Of a DNA stretch of 64,000 nucleotides, positions 1-18,615 are shown piece after piece. The DNA is taken from positions 6,672,531 to 6,736,530 of the forward strand of contig NC_089278.1 in NCBI RefSeq assembly GCF_963678975.1, read 5' to 3'. The notes under the pieces were generated by a model that saw nothing but the letters and a program-made list of their open reading frames with translations, was not told the DNA's origin and did no database searches. Origin of the DNA: Dysidea avara (taxonomy: Eukaryota). Position 1 is the stretch's first letter; each line of letters opens with the position of its first letter. The position numbers and the translations under genes were made by a program.

Positions 1-249
1 ACAAAAGCACTTGATGATAATGATGCCAATTCCAAGCATCAGGTTTATTCAGAAATCATACGTCATAGGGTCATGAAACATGCAATGGAACCTCACCACA
101 TTCTGGAGCACAACAATTTTGATTGTAAATAGTTTTACTCTATTAAAAGTAAAAAATGTATGGAATTTGTGAGGTTGCGCTGTGCTGTGCCTGCACTACT
201 GGCTGTCTGTAAATATGTCTAATGTTCTTGTTATGTTAGGTCAAGAACA

Positions 250-4098
<3,849 letters not shown>

Positions 4099-4162
4099 AA
4101 TAAAGTATGTTTTGCTATTTGTACAATTCAATTAAACAACAACGATTCTTTAAGTAGAAGTA

Positions 4163-6048
4163 CTACATGGTACAGTTGCACTTCACCATGCCATTCAAGT
4201 TCCAATTGTAGTCAAAGTATTCAAAGTTGAAATTGGTGTTGTTGAGATAGGTGATGGCTTGTGGTGGGACATAAGGCATTATAAAGTTTCTAACGCTACC
4301 AGATTCTGCCTCAAAGTCTGCCTTGAACCAATTAAAGATGGAGGACAAGTGAATCACCTTATTACTCTCGTCCACTGCCAACCCTACCAATAACAGCTCA
4401 GCTTCTTTTCCTTGTCATGTAGGGCACTAACCTTTCTTTGTGTTATTGAGAAATTCTTGCATTTGCCTGGTCATTTGTTGGTCAACTTTGCTATGTTCAA
4501 ACGCAGTCATGCGCACGTTGGGGCAAGATATAGAGGCACATACAATACAAGAATGAAGACGAGAGTCTTCTCTAAATGAGGGGAAAGTGTACATACTACG
4601 CTGAGTCTTGTAGACTCACTTAAATGGTGTCGGATTCCTCAAATAATCTTCAACATCATCTAAACTCCAAGTTCTTCCACCGGCATAACCGGCAGTCATC
4701 TTCCACACTGGCTTGGTGGTGGAACCAATGTCTTTAATGCTCTCAATGGGGTGACAACTACATAATAAAATTACTGTGGTGACATAAATGACTTGACATA
4801 CTGTGTAGCCTAAATATTTTTAGGGGAAAAATTTTGCGGTTTTGGGGGTTATCAGTGAAAATTTTAGCTTCGAAATATTTAGACCTCCATATAGTCTAAT
4901 ACATTTTGGGAGTGTTTGCAAATCCGCTAAAATTTTATATTTAGCATTGCTCAACCTCGAAATATTTACCCCTCGAAATGTTTAGGCTATACGGTAACTT
5001 ACTCATGACAAGAATATTCTAGGATCATTTTAATGGCAAAAGCGTTGTAGACATTCATGAAGAAAGCATATAGTTCACTATGAGTGAAGTTCTTAGTGTC
5101 AACATCTCTGATAACAGTCAAATATTTGTAGAAATTTTCATCACTCCTATAGCAGTGAAAAATGGAAGTTGGTTTCCATCATTACAACTGGTTACCTGAT
5201 GGACTCGTAATCAACAACATTCACACTAATCCCCTCCAGATGGCCTGGACTGATGTGATGAGATACGACCTGGAGATGTTCATCACACTAACAAATACAA
5301 CTCAAAATCTGTATAACAGTTAGTACTAAAGGTAGAAGACTGTATTTTGGAGGTTCCGGATACAAGGTACAGTGTTACCTAGTGGTATTGCTATCAAGTT
5401 CCATCACTCACAGAACTCACTCACTCACTGTACCTTGTATACTTCACCTCCTCATACAATCCATCCTCCCCTTACAGACATTGTCCTCAGGGGAATCTGT
5501 GAATTAGAAATGGGTGTAGTTCATCTCAAACCTCAGGCTGGAAGCTTAGAAGTCTCTCTCCTTGCTATAAAACAAATCAGTCTGTCCAAGAGGTCAAATT
5601 TAGCATTGCATGATGGGAGCTAAGGTGTTAACATTGGCAAGGTATGGTGATCGACTGATGACCTTTCCAGTTGGACCACTCATGAAACTGCTGCACTGGA
5701 CAGTTTACACAAATTCACGGAAGGATATCCAAGCCGAGCATAGCTACAGCCAAGGGGTAGCCAGCGCCCACGCAAAAACCCTACATGGTGTATTTATAAT
5801 TGGATTTCTCAGATAGTGTACGAGAGTCCCAAGACGTTAGCTACCCCTTGGCTACAGCATACGTATATTATCTATGCTAGCAGCCATACTATGATAGGCA
5901 CAGAAGCTAGGAACACTTGCTAGTGCATGGCGTGTACAGCTTACCTCGTTCCACAATTCGTATGATGTTTTCAAGTCATCATTAGCATACACAAGAGCTG
6001 TAAATAACGTGGTTAGGATCGCCAGTGAGTTGCAAGGGGAACGCATTT
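4163..6048 (-). CDS. Secreted DUF547-domain protein, copy A of a tandem pair. At least 5 exons; exon 1 is about 5942-6048 and carries a signal peptide.
   Basis: Exon 1 reads MRSPCNSLAILTTLFTALVYANDDLKTSYELWNE followed by a gtaagc donor. Downstream exons read as follows. (1) SDENFYKYLTVIRDVDTKNFTHSELYAFFMNVYNAFAIKMIL, the DUF547 FxNxYN motif. (2) CASISCPNVRMTAFEHSKVDQQMTRQMQEFLNNTKKG, a NCAS-SCP-like motif. (3) A last exon, VIHLSSIFNWFKADF...YFDYNWNLNGMVKCNCTM*, the DUF547 C-terminal IF-W-DF and YDW-LN motifs. Confidence 0.65.
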
Positions 6049-6322
6049 CTCGTATACACCTCGGGCTAGTATCACGTGACAAAATTAACAATATGATCAC
6101 GAACGCTTAATTGGAGTGTTTCACTGAGTTTGGGTGTTGCTAGCTAGTAGCTATAGCTAGCTGTAATTTAGTTGCTTTATAATAGTTATAGTTCAGTAGT
6201 TGCTAAAGGTAGTTATATAGAGTAGTTAAATACTTTTTTGCTATTAGATAATTTGTACTGTGTATTATTTGACTTGTACAGTAAGAACAGCTATTCCAAT
6301 TGTCAAGTCTAAATGAAATTAA

Positions 6323-8099
6323 TTAGATGGTACAATTACATGTCACTTGACCATTCAAGTTCCAGTCATAGCTAAAATACTTAAAGTCAACATCAGTGTT
6401 GTTTAGGTAACTGACTACATCAGCTGGAGCATATTGCATGATGAAATCCTTGACACTTCCAGCATGACGAATGAAGTCACCACTAAACCAGTTGAAGATT
6501 GAGGACAAGTGAACTGTCTTTGAGCTCTTATCCATGGCCAATCCTAATAGGTGCAATTTTAGCAACAAAGTAATATGTTGGTTAAGCTATATATACCAAC
6601 CTTTCTTGGTGTTCTTTAGAAATGTCTCCATTTGACTTGTCATCTGCTCATCAACCGTACTTGGTTCAAATGCACCCATCAACACATTTGGACATGATAT
6701 TGAGGCACACACTATACATGCATGAAGACGAGGGTCCTCCCTTGTAAGATACAGAGCATTAGAAAGGGTTGATGCAAATTAGGTCTACATACTGAAATGG
6801 TTTTGGATTCCTTAAGTAGTTTTCTACTTCATCCAAACTCCAACTCTTTCCAGCTGCATATCCAGCAGTTTTCGTCCAAACAGGACTCAATAAGGAGCTG
6901 ATGTCTCTGATGCTCTTGATGGGTGTACAGCTACAAAAGGGTGACTACAATGATCTGATTAGACAAGTGTCACTGTACTAAAACAATGCATGCAAGAAGT
7001 GTTAGATAATAATAATAATTATAATAATACAGTACACACTAACTGAACATTATGTCAGAATATACAGTGAAGAATCAATCATCCAAACTAGTGCATAAAA
7101 TGAATGTACTGCATTAGTTCAATGGTTCAAAGGATACATTATTCGAATGACATAGGTGAAGTTCGAATTTTGCACACGTGCAACCTGCATATATTAGCAA
7201 ACAGAAGACTGCAAGAATCCAACTGCTCATTACACAATTAACAATTTTTGCCATGGCAGTCACAATTTTTGCCATGGCAGTCATGTACTACTGTAAGGTC
7301 TTTTAGCAGCATGCAGCTACATCTTGTTTTGCATTTTCTCCAGCTGCTATATCAGTCTTGTTAAACAGACGAGTAATAGTGTTAATGCGAGAAATTCCAT
7401 TTTCAAAGGGAGCCAAAACGACAACTGTTAATGATTATAAACTACAATACATTCAAAGTTATGCCAATTGCATAATATGTATCTGTAGCTATAGCTACAT
7501 ACACCTGCAATATTCATCAAAGCTTCGAATGTTGCATTCAAACTTTTGAAGCATAAAATTGACATTCGTTTATGCACTAATCCAAACTAATGTAGGTATT
7601 TGTAATACACAAAATCAAGCAGTTTATGAGCTAATAGAACACACATTCTAATTGAACAGTCACTCTTAAAATTCATCCAACTCATCACTGCACACCCAGT
7701 CAAACTCAACACTTGGCCAAGATACAAAAAGTGTATGCTTCCTTCATTTTGAAACTACTGTTGTTTTCTCTTTCTCTGGAATCACTCATTACAAGCGTAA
7801 GTTAAGAGGTACAGTGCATACTCGTATATTATCAATGGGTAGTATAAGGCACTGATACAATTTGAATAAATTCATGACTTTTAGGAGATTGTAACAGCTT
7901 CTGATAAAATAAACACAATATCTACAGTAGGACTTAGTGATACAACTATGATATAACCATCTGAATAAAAAGATAGCAAAATGTTCATTACTAAGAACTA
8001 ACATTTGATACTCAGTCAACATGTACAGATCAGTTGTTTATCAAGGACAACCATGCAGTACCCTATTATCCAGTGTTGCATAGTGTATGGCACAAGTGT

Positions 8100-8135
<36 letters not shown>

Positions 8136-8593
8136 TGACATACTTGTCACAAGAATGGTCTAGGATCATTTTAATTGCAAAAGCATTGTAGACGTTCATG
8201 AAGAAAGCATATAGTTCACTACGGGTGAAGTTTTTAGTGTCAACATCTCTGATAACAATCAAATATTTGTAGAAATTTTCATCACTCCTACAGCAGTGAA
8301 AGATGAAGTTGGTTTCCATCACTAGCTACTACTCAGTGGTTACCTGATGGACTCATAATCAACAACATTCACACTAATCCCCTCCAGATGACCTGGACTG
8401 ATGTGATGAGATACGACCTGGATTATTAATTAAACACTGTATAATCGACACACACGTAGGGATGATAGCAGCCTTCATATTTGTAATTGTAAGGCTAGCT
8501 CACTTCATCCCAAAATTCGTATGATGTTTTCAAGTCGCTACCGGTAGCAAAAGTCGCACAAAATACTGTAATGAGAGTCAGGAAGAGAGCCAT
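6323..8593 (-). CDS. Secreted DUF547-domain protein, copy B (tandem paralog of 4163-6048). Exon 1 is about 8507-8593.
   Basis: Exon 1 reads MALFLTLITVFCATFATGSDLKTSYEFWDE followed by a gtgagc donor. The exon at 8150-8425 is about 90% identical to 5030-5300 (SDENFYKYLIVIRDVDTKNFTRSELYAFFMNVYNAFAIKMIL). The last exon reads VHLSSIFNWFSGDF...YFSYDWNLNGQVTCNCTI*. The exon order is the same as in copy A. Confidence 0.65.
8102..8132. repeat. (TA)n microsatellite.
   Basis: Direct read of a tatatata... run, inside an intron of DUF547 copy B. Confidence 0.95.
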
Positions 8594-8708
8594 TCTGAAT
8601 TTTATTCACTGTACCATACCGGGAAAACCATACCATAGTCTATGACCAAACCACATGAGTAATGTACATCACGTGACTTAATAACCACGGTAACGCAAGT
8701 AAACACAT
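8594..8708. promoter_or_regulatory. Putative bidirectional promoter between divergent DUF547-B (minus strand) and the coiled-coil gene (plus strand).
   Basis: The start codons of the two divergent genes are only about 115 bp apart. Confidence 0.3.
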
Positions 8709-11247
8709 GTGATGGGTAGCGCTCCATCCAAGAAGAGTACTGTGCGAGTAATCAAGGAACAACCTGAAACTAGTAAAGTACCCTCCGTGAACAACAGGGC
8801 ATGGGAACAGGAAGAAGACTCGAGCCCTATCACTGCAGTAACACAAGAAGAGTTGTTTGAACGTCTTGCTGTGAGCCAGGAAAAGGCGAGGGAGGCAGAA
8901 AGTCGGGCATCAGAAGCAAATGATAAGGTACGTGCTTGGTGGTGTTTATGCCTCCCGCTGCTTCTTAGATATTTATAATAAATTTCATTCGTATTTAGAA
9001 ATATGTGTAAAGTACACTAATTATTTTTGTTTGTTTACGTGTATGCCAGACACTTTAACCATGCAGCAGTCCGAACTGGTGGCTTCTTATCTTGCTTATT
9101 CATAATTTTATGTTTCAGACTCATTGCTATATCTCGATCACCACTTAAATTTTAGTCATTATTTATGGCACCATGCAAGCTTCCACCTTTGTTTCAATAT
9201 CACTGTGTTTTATGGAAATAATGAACTAACTAGTTAGGAGGCAGGCTAGATGGACTGAAGACCTGGGCTTTCAGAGGAGTATCCAGGATTTTTCCAGGCG
9301 AGTTGTACAAGCAGGGGTACACACCCCCAGCTGTTAACAGATTATGTACACTAAAATGTTTACCTAACCTAATTTCAAGGACTTAGACTTAATGTTTATG
9401 CCTGACAATAGTCCTATCAATTTAGCTGCATGACCATTCAAGCTGAGTAATAATAATAATAATGGAGAGAAACACTCTTGTTAGAATACATCTGACTGTT
9501 CTATTAGAGTATATCAATCTTCAAAAAAAAATTTATCCACTTTTGAGTTTCCTATTACACCTGTTCACATTTGTTCTGAGTGTTTGTACTGCCAAACTAT
9601 GATAATACGGTGTTTCTGCTGCAAGCCTACAAGTTATAATTTCAGATGGGGTTTCCTAAACCCCAGGATAGTGATTAAAATACTCTAATAGAGCATTCAA
9701 CAAACTCTAATAAAACAGTCAGGTACATGTTGTCAAGTTGTGATGAATAATGAGCTGCCCACCCACATTGGAATAGGTGATCTGAAACATCAATAGTGGC
9801 CTTATAAAACTAAAAAATTGTCAAGAGCACATGTAGTTTTTTATTTGTTATTTTGTTGATGTTTAGTTACAGTTGATGACTGCAGAGAGAGATGCTCTGT
9901 TTGATCAACTGAAGAACATTCAGCAGACAAGCACACACAGTGGAGCTCAGGAACAGGTAAACCACACAGTAATGGCATAAATGACAATGTACTGTAGGGC
10001 TATTTTTGAGAGTTAAAACAGTATGTACAATAACAAGTTCAGCTTTTGAGGACAAAATGGTATAGCCACACTTCTCAAACACTCTTGGTGCACTGGTAAA
10101 CTGCTGATGTACCTTGTCTCAGTCAAGGAGCAGCTGATTTCTTATCATGCTGTTTTGCACATAAGACAGGTTGGGATTTGTACTTGTTAATGTAGCACAC
10201 CTTGCTAAGCTACAGGCAGGACCATCAGGTATCTGGTAAACCAAGACACCTAGAACAGTTGTTCCCAACTTCCGAGGTGTATGGCACTATATGTATCTCT
10301 ACAAGCTGAACAGCATTGTTCAGAGTTTAAAATGCAGACAGGGAATTATTTATGAAGAGGATTTTTTAGCATGGTCTAATAACTACTGCATTGATTTTAG
10401 TGTGCTTACACATGTGCATACTACAAACACCAGTGACAGATCTAGATGGGTTTTTGTGGTTTCAGTTGAAACCTCTTATTATGTTTAGCTCAGTAGCAGT
10501 AGCTAGCTCAGTATAGCTATACTGTTGCTGTGGTTTATCCCCCTAGGTACTACTTAATATTCCTCAGAAAAACTTTACCTTTCCATAACACAATTGATAT
10601 ACTCTAATAGAGCAGTCAAGCCTGTACCCCAAACTCTATTCCCTAGCAAAAACATTACAATCTCAGAAATCTCCCTTTCAAAATTTGCCACTGCACATGC
10701 ATGCACACATTCGGCATGTTTAACACTAATGGTGATCATGATAATGTCACTAAACATTTCAGGTTGTGAAAAAGTTGCAAGATGATGTGATAAAGTTGCA
10801 AAATGACATGGTTGTCATGGTGAGTAACAACTACTTCTTATTTTGTGGTTCACCATGGTTACACTTAGCAACAGAGACATAAACAGAAACTTAAAAAACT
10901 CCGAGCATCCTCAGCTGAATCAAGAACCGAATCAGCGCTGGCAGTATTTGCACTAAAGGATCAAAATGTTAAACTATCTGAAGAGAATACTTCACTACTG
11001 GGTGATAACTACTTTATACAAATCATTAATTTACCTTGTCTCCTCTAGAAAGAGTGAGGAAACTTCAAGACGAGAATGATAGTTTATCACGACATGCCAG
11101 TGCCTCCTCCAGTAGGACACAACACAGCACAGATCATGAGCAGCCATTACGAGACCAGCACATGCAGCTAATACTGGACTTGTCCCAGCAGGTGAGTTGA
11201 GGAAGAGGGATCACCTCTCTCTCTCTCTCTCTCACTCATTTCACTCA

Positions 11248-11290
<43 letters not shown>

Positions 11291-11466
11291 ACACACACAC
11301 ACATACACACACACACACCATAATACCAATGGTGTGTTAATTATTTGTCCAATCATAAGTCTTAGCTATATTATTAATGATGACATCATCAGGTATCTTC
11401 ATTGGATGAGGAATTAAGTCAAGCTAGACAATTGATCAGACAGTTACAAGCAGAGAAGCAGACATA
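8709..11466 (+). CDS. N-myristoylated coiled-coil protein of unknown family, 6 exons.
   Basis: The N-terminus reads MGSAPSKK, an N-myristoylation consensus (Gly2 and Ser6). The exons are as follows. (1) 8709-8930, ending ...EANDK with a gtacgt donor. (2) 9870-9958, LQLMTAERDALFDQLKNIQQ. (3) 10762-10820, VVKKLQDDVIKLQNDMVVM. (4) 10876-10991, QQRHKQKLKKLRASSAESRTESALAVFALKDQNVKLSEENTSLLG. (5) 11049-11200, ERVRKLQDENDSLSRHASASS...LILDLSQQ. (6) 11388-11466, VSSLDEELSQARQLIRQLQAEKQT*. All junctions are GT/AG. The heptad-rich sequence suggests coiled coil. Confidence 0.55.
11215..11318. repeat. Compound (CT)n(CA)n microsatellite.
   Basis: Direct read, inside an intron of the coiled-coil gene. Confidence 0.95.
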
Positions 11467-11669
11467 ACAGTGACCACATCACTACTACCTGCTGTCAGTG
11501 GAGGATCCAGGGGAGAACCATCAATGAGACCTCATGTAGTGGTTGTAAACACACACAAGTTTTTATAATATTGTTTACAATAGCTACACAGGTACTAGCA
11601 AAGTGTGTAAAAGTGTCACAAAAACTACCAGTTTATATGTTTGAGCTTCAGATTTTTTTTGTTTGATCT

Positions 11670-13640
11670 TTAAATGTTTGTGTCATCATGATTGTTTATG
11701 TCAAACTTCAGATCAGAAGTATGAAATATGGCAGGAGGTTTGTCACCATCTCCCTTGCTAATCCTTTTATCAGTTGAACCACCTAGTACAGAGTATATTA
11801 TTGTCTCACGCTCCTCTCCATTTACATGATAATTAAAATCATCCTTATCAATGATTTTCGGAATGTACCAGAATGGATTCTGCACACATTTTCATTTTAA
11901 ACTTAAAAAAAAACACGTTAACTTACTTTATGATTAGGGTCGTCAATTGATGTCTGAGCTGATGGTTTAGAGTCATCATCAGTTGGTGGATCACCACCAC
12001 CACCAGTGATTGGTATTGCTGGTTGTAATGTCTCTGGAAGGTCTGCATATAAAATTGGTTTTCACTTTCTATATATCTAATTGATCCAAATGATTTTCAG
12101 TGGTGAAGATTCGGAGGAGGGTTGATATTCCACTTTAAGAAACAAGGAAGCTTCTGTAATGAAACAATGAATGGTTTACACAAGTTGCTCTCCTATCACT
12201 ACCACTACTACTACTACTACTGCTAGTATAGTAATAAGAGTATGTATTGTCTGTTGTACCAGGCAACAGAACTTTATTAAAGGAAAAAAGGCAAAGCCAT
12301 TTTGATTTAGCTACTTTGCCTACAGGACCTTAGGGGTCCATAGTTTGACTCTGAAAAATAACAGTTAGTGACTATAGATAACCATCACACTACTGTAGTG
12401 CCAGGTTTCTTTGTTGGCTAGAAAACCCAAACATTAGTAATATTATTTTTTACGTAATATTCTTACTATCAAGAGGAACAGATGGATCATAATCCTTGAA
12501 AAACACTGGTCCACCTTGTATGTCAACTGTCAGAATCTGCTGGCTACCAATACAGGGAATTTGATTTCCCGGACCTGTACTTGTGAGTGTTGTCGTCAGA
12601 TAGACCTCATGAATCAAGGGAGACCTCAATTGAGCTTTTGCAAATTCTTCATTAATTTCTTTTTTCCACTGATCAAAATCATCATGTTCTGTTTTTGTCC
12701 ACTATATGTAAAATAACTAAAACATGTATGTACACATCCAACAATATAAACATCAGAAAGATGGAATATTTGAAATCAGTGCCTCTACAACTTCCACCTT
12801 GATTTCCTCAATAGAGTTAACATCAACATAGGAAAAATATAGAAATTTTATATTTGAGCATAGCTGTACTGATCATAGAAATAAAAAGCAAAGAAACAAG
12901 GGGGTTTATCTACGCCTGCAGCTATACTAGTAGACATTTAATTATTACTTCACCATGACTGGAGTAGGGATCAATAGCTAAATATAAGTGTAGATGACCT
13001 CCCATGTTTCCTTACTTTTTGTACCCAAATATAAAATTTTCAATTCCTTATACTTGATTGTTTACAATGACTGGTGAACCAATGCACACCACATTAAAGG
13101 AAAAAAAATGGTGTTCTCCAGACAACCATCCTTCCTGGAATACTGATCTGTTTTAAGGAAAACTGAGGCTGTTTTTTTTTGGGGGGGGGGGGGGGGGGGA
13201 GGGGGACCTCCATGATACGTACTATACAGTACTTCTGTACTGCATGATGATATGATTGATATACATATTTATATACAATTTAAAAACATATAGGGCATTC
13301 CCTTGGTGGTTTGTAGCTTTAAAAATGAGATCTGATAATTTTCAGCATATTCTGATTGGTACAAGCATAATAGAAGTACAACAGCTCATTTTACACAACC
13401 TGATCGTATGATGAACCTTGAAATGTCAGCACCACTGTACCTTGATGATTAAACACTTGCTCTAAAGCATGTCTCAATGGCTTACCAAGATCAAGCTTCA
13501 GTTTTTCTGCCACAGGGCCGGCACATCATCACCATCCTCTTCTTGTCAGGCTACACTCTTATTACTCACTGCCTGTTGACATGATAGTCTTATAGCAGGA
13601 ATTTCATGTCTCATACAAGCCTGATAACCAGACATCCTGA
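11670..13640 (-). CDS. Novel lineage-specific gene, copy 1 of a tandem pair, at least 4 exons.
   Basis: The exons are as follows. (1) About 13570-13640, MSGYQACMRHEIPAIRLSCQQA, followed by a gtgagt donor. (2) About 12475-12712, WTKTEHDDFDQWKKEINEEF...QILTVDIQGGPVFFKDYDPSVPLD. (3) About 11930-12050, PETLQPAIPITGGGGDPPTDD.... (4) 11670-11885, ...NPFWYIPKIIDKDDFNYHVNGEERETIIYSVLGGSTDKRISKGDGDKPPAIFHTSDLKF...*. The copy is collinear with copy 2 at about 60-75% amino-acid identity. Confidence 0.45.
13181..13205. repeat. G19-A-G5 homopolymer tract (G-quadruplex-capable), in an intron of the copy-1 gene.
   Basis: Direct read. Confidence 0.9.
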
Positions 13641-14063
13641 ACACTACTCTCCTCAACAGTTAGACAAAGAATGAACAAAACTACAGTGAAGGTTTTATAG
13701 TGAGCAAGGCCCAGCTATACTAATAAGGATAAACAATATTTATTATGATATCATTGGCTAGAAAGACGTCTCTTTAAATACCACAAACAAACAATGAAAA
13801 AACACGCCCAATTAAACACATGCACAACTTAGTTAAAGTCTATATTAGCCATTACATATACTATATAAATAACCGATCACAAAGTTACAAGCAGTGAAGT
13901 AGGCTAAACAGTGACCATCACTACTACCTGAGGGGAGGGAGGACCAACAATCAATGAGATCACATGCATGTAGTGGTTATAAACACATACGTACAATATA
14001 CACTAGCAAAATGTGTGAAAGTATTTTAAAACAACTAGTTCTTGTGTTGGACTTCCATCATCA

Positions 14064-15881
<1,818 letters not shown>

Positions 15882-16929
15882 ACTACACTCTCCTCAACAG
15901 TTACTGTATAATACCAATTTGAAACTACAGTGGAGGTTTTATGGTGGGTAGGGCCCCAGCTATACTGACAAGGATAAACAACATTTATTATGATATCATT
16001 GGCTGGAAAGACACCTCTTTAAATACCACAAACAAACAATGAAAGCACGTGGGTTGCCTAATTAAACAAACATCACATGCATAGAATAAAGTTTATTAAG
16101 TCATTACATAAACAAAACATAAACACAATGAAGTTCTCCAGTGATCAGTTATACCAGGTGAGTCTTTGCATGTGGTCTTTCTTCCTTCTGGCTGGTCTAA
16201 CAAACCCCATGAATTGAAGCTGTGCCACTGCAGAGTAAAACCGTTCACTGCAACTTGTCAAGGTCAGTCACAGCAAAGGAGAGGAGAATGTAGAATAGTA
16301 AGGATACTGTAGTGACTCATCATCCATTTCACTACTATCAGAAGACATGACAGAGATAAATGCCTACAAGAAATATATAAGAATTGCACTTAACGTTAGA
16401 CAATAACCTTCATCCAGTCATGAGTGTTAATCAGTTTGCCTGTACATTCCAAGTGCAGTAAGTACACTATGGACACATCGGGCATGTTACGGTCAATGCT
16501 GCTCTCCTCACTATTAACATCACCTGCAGACTATACGCATGCTAGACATACCACTTAATGTGCTGCTGCTGCTGCTGCTAACTTACTGGTAGATATATTG
16601 AAGGGTTAGAGAGAGTTCTGTGTATGGTACTGCTGATCACTGGGTTGAGATGCTACACAAGTATGACAATATTTATAGCCACAGATAGTGGAACTTGTCT
16701 TCTTTAGCAGCCACCCATCCATTTTAAAGACCAAATTAAAATTATCCGAGTGAGAAATTTGTACAGTATTCCACCTGTAAAAAGCAGCCACCTGCCTATT
16801 AAGGCCATGGCCTACAGGTGGTTCCCTTGTACCACTAAATTGCTACTTGAAAATTAAATTTGATAAATCTTACCCTTCTTAGCCATGATGACTGGTTAAA
16901 GTAAAATATTTCATGTAGTGGGAATGTAC

Positions 16930-18615
16930 CAATGTGACGTAAATGTTTCCTATAAAATTCACACCATTTATTATGTCATGATTATAGTTGACTAACTGAA
17001 ACACATCCAGCAAATAATCTACAAGCCTTCTCCTAATGTCTTCAAATACCGTTGGGTGAGTTTTCTAGAGAGTAATATGATGTAACTATTATTGTTCCAT
17101 AAATTACTTCATTACCTTTTTTGGTCCTTTATTAGATCTATGCACAATTTGTTTATCTACACACAGACACTTAACAACACAAGATAAACAGGTAATCTGA
17201 CTGTACCATTATCTGTGATAAAAGAAATTGATGCCAACTCTTGAATGAAATCTTCTAATGTTTTAGCTATTTCCGTTAACCGTGGACTACAACAAAACAT
17301 GATGAAGTACTAGGTCAAAATGGTACATCTATACTAGCTAGCTAGTGGTCATGTTTTGTAATTTTATTCTCATAAACATGGCTAAGTGTATACGTACAAA
17401 ATATTCAAACACCAGTATATCATAAATGCTAAGCGGGGAGTCTACTATAACTCCAGTAGCTACACTAACTTTGAAGTTTGCTTCAACAGTTTTATACATT
17501 CATTGACACCTTCCTCCAGTTGCTGTCTTGCTAACAGCCTAACACAACAGCAATCAGTGAACGTGATTGTGAATATGACTTACTTCACAAATTTCCATGC
17601 CGAGTCAAAGTGATCACTTTCGGTGATGTTGCCCAACAGACTTTGGTAGTAAAATTCATAAATCTAAAGTCACACACAATATCAGACAGTATTCAACAAG
17701 AGAAATGCTAACCTGACAACCTAATGGTGCACCTGGTAGCTTATGTGTCAATATGTGAAGGCAACGCAGCATAACAGTCAAGTGCTGATGGTAGTGGATT
17801 ATGTCAGTTAAGGAGCTCACTACAACTGACTGCAAATGTGAACATGTAGCTACTGTGAGAGGCTATTGGTTACTGCTACTAACTTTTAACTTAAAATCAT
17901 CCTTAAGAAGATCAAGTTGTTTAACAGGATCATGAAGAGACTCCACGTACCTAGTTTAAATACTCACAATGTACGTACAATGGTAGTCATAGTTACCTTT
18001 GAAAGGAGGGTACTGATCTCACCATTTCAAACTGAACATGACTCATTGTACTAACCATTTGTGATAAGGAGCAGTTGACGTCACACAAGAAACTCAAAGG
18101 TTGCCACATGAAATGTTCCATCACTGCAAACTACACAGTGGTAAGTTAGTTAATACAGACTAGTTTACACTTACCTGCAGACCCTTCTTAACTTCAGTGA
18201 TGGAAAAATTGAGGTAGAGAAAGTGATCAATTAAGTAATGCAGTGCCTTATCCTTTAGCCTAAATCGTAATGGAGAGTTTATCAGTACCTACAGAGGGAC
18301 ATGAAGCTGTGCTACTTGACAACACCAGCACACCTTGCTGATCACAGCATCCAACATAGTGGCTGATGGCTGCACCTTAAAGTGTTCTATATTGAGGGCA
18401 GATAAAGAGGACATAGCGAGTGTGCGGTGAAGTGAAGTAGCAGCTGAAGTGGCCAGTCCCAGAATCAGTACTAATGGCAGATTACAAAGATGAGGCCTGC
18501 AAGTAGATATATATGACGTTGTAATATAGCTAAATGTGGTATAGTGGTCTAGCAATGATATACTATACTGTGCAGGAAAAAGTACTAACACAACTATTGT
18601 ATCTATCAAATCCAA
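16930..18615 (-). CDS. Putative multi-exon gene of unknown function; the exon models are tentative.
   Basis: Minus-strand reading gives candidate exons with acceptable splice sites. (1) LKDKALHYLIDHFLYLNFSITEVKKGLQ followed by a gtaagt donor (about 18170-18262). (2) IYEFYYQSLLGNITESDHFDSAWKFVK followed by a gtaagt donor (about 17560-17640), preceded by a tttag acceptor. (3) PRLTEIAKTLEDFIQELASISFITDNGT (about 17180-17290). There is no recognisable family, and the frame and phase between exons are not resolved. Confidence 0.2.

Noticed and set aside
1-130. The frame-1 ORF at the window start (TKALDDNDANSKHQVYSEIIRHRVMKHAMEPHHILEHNNFDCK).
   Set aside because: It is not collinear with Miro N-terminal GTPase sequence and has no splice signals. 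It is probably intronic, so the Miro 5' exons are taken to lie upstream of the window.
16129-16170. A putative plus-strand first exon reading MKFSSDQLYQ followed by a gtgagt donor.
   Set aside because: It has a good donor, but no downstream exons could be connected. There is not enough evidence for a gene.
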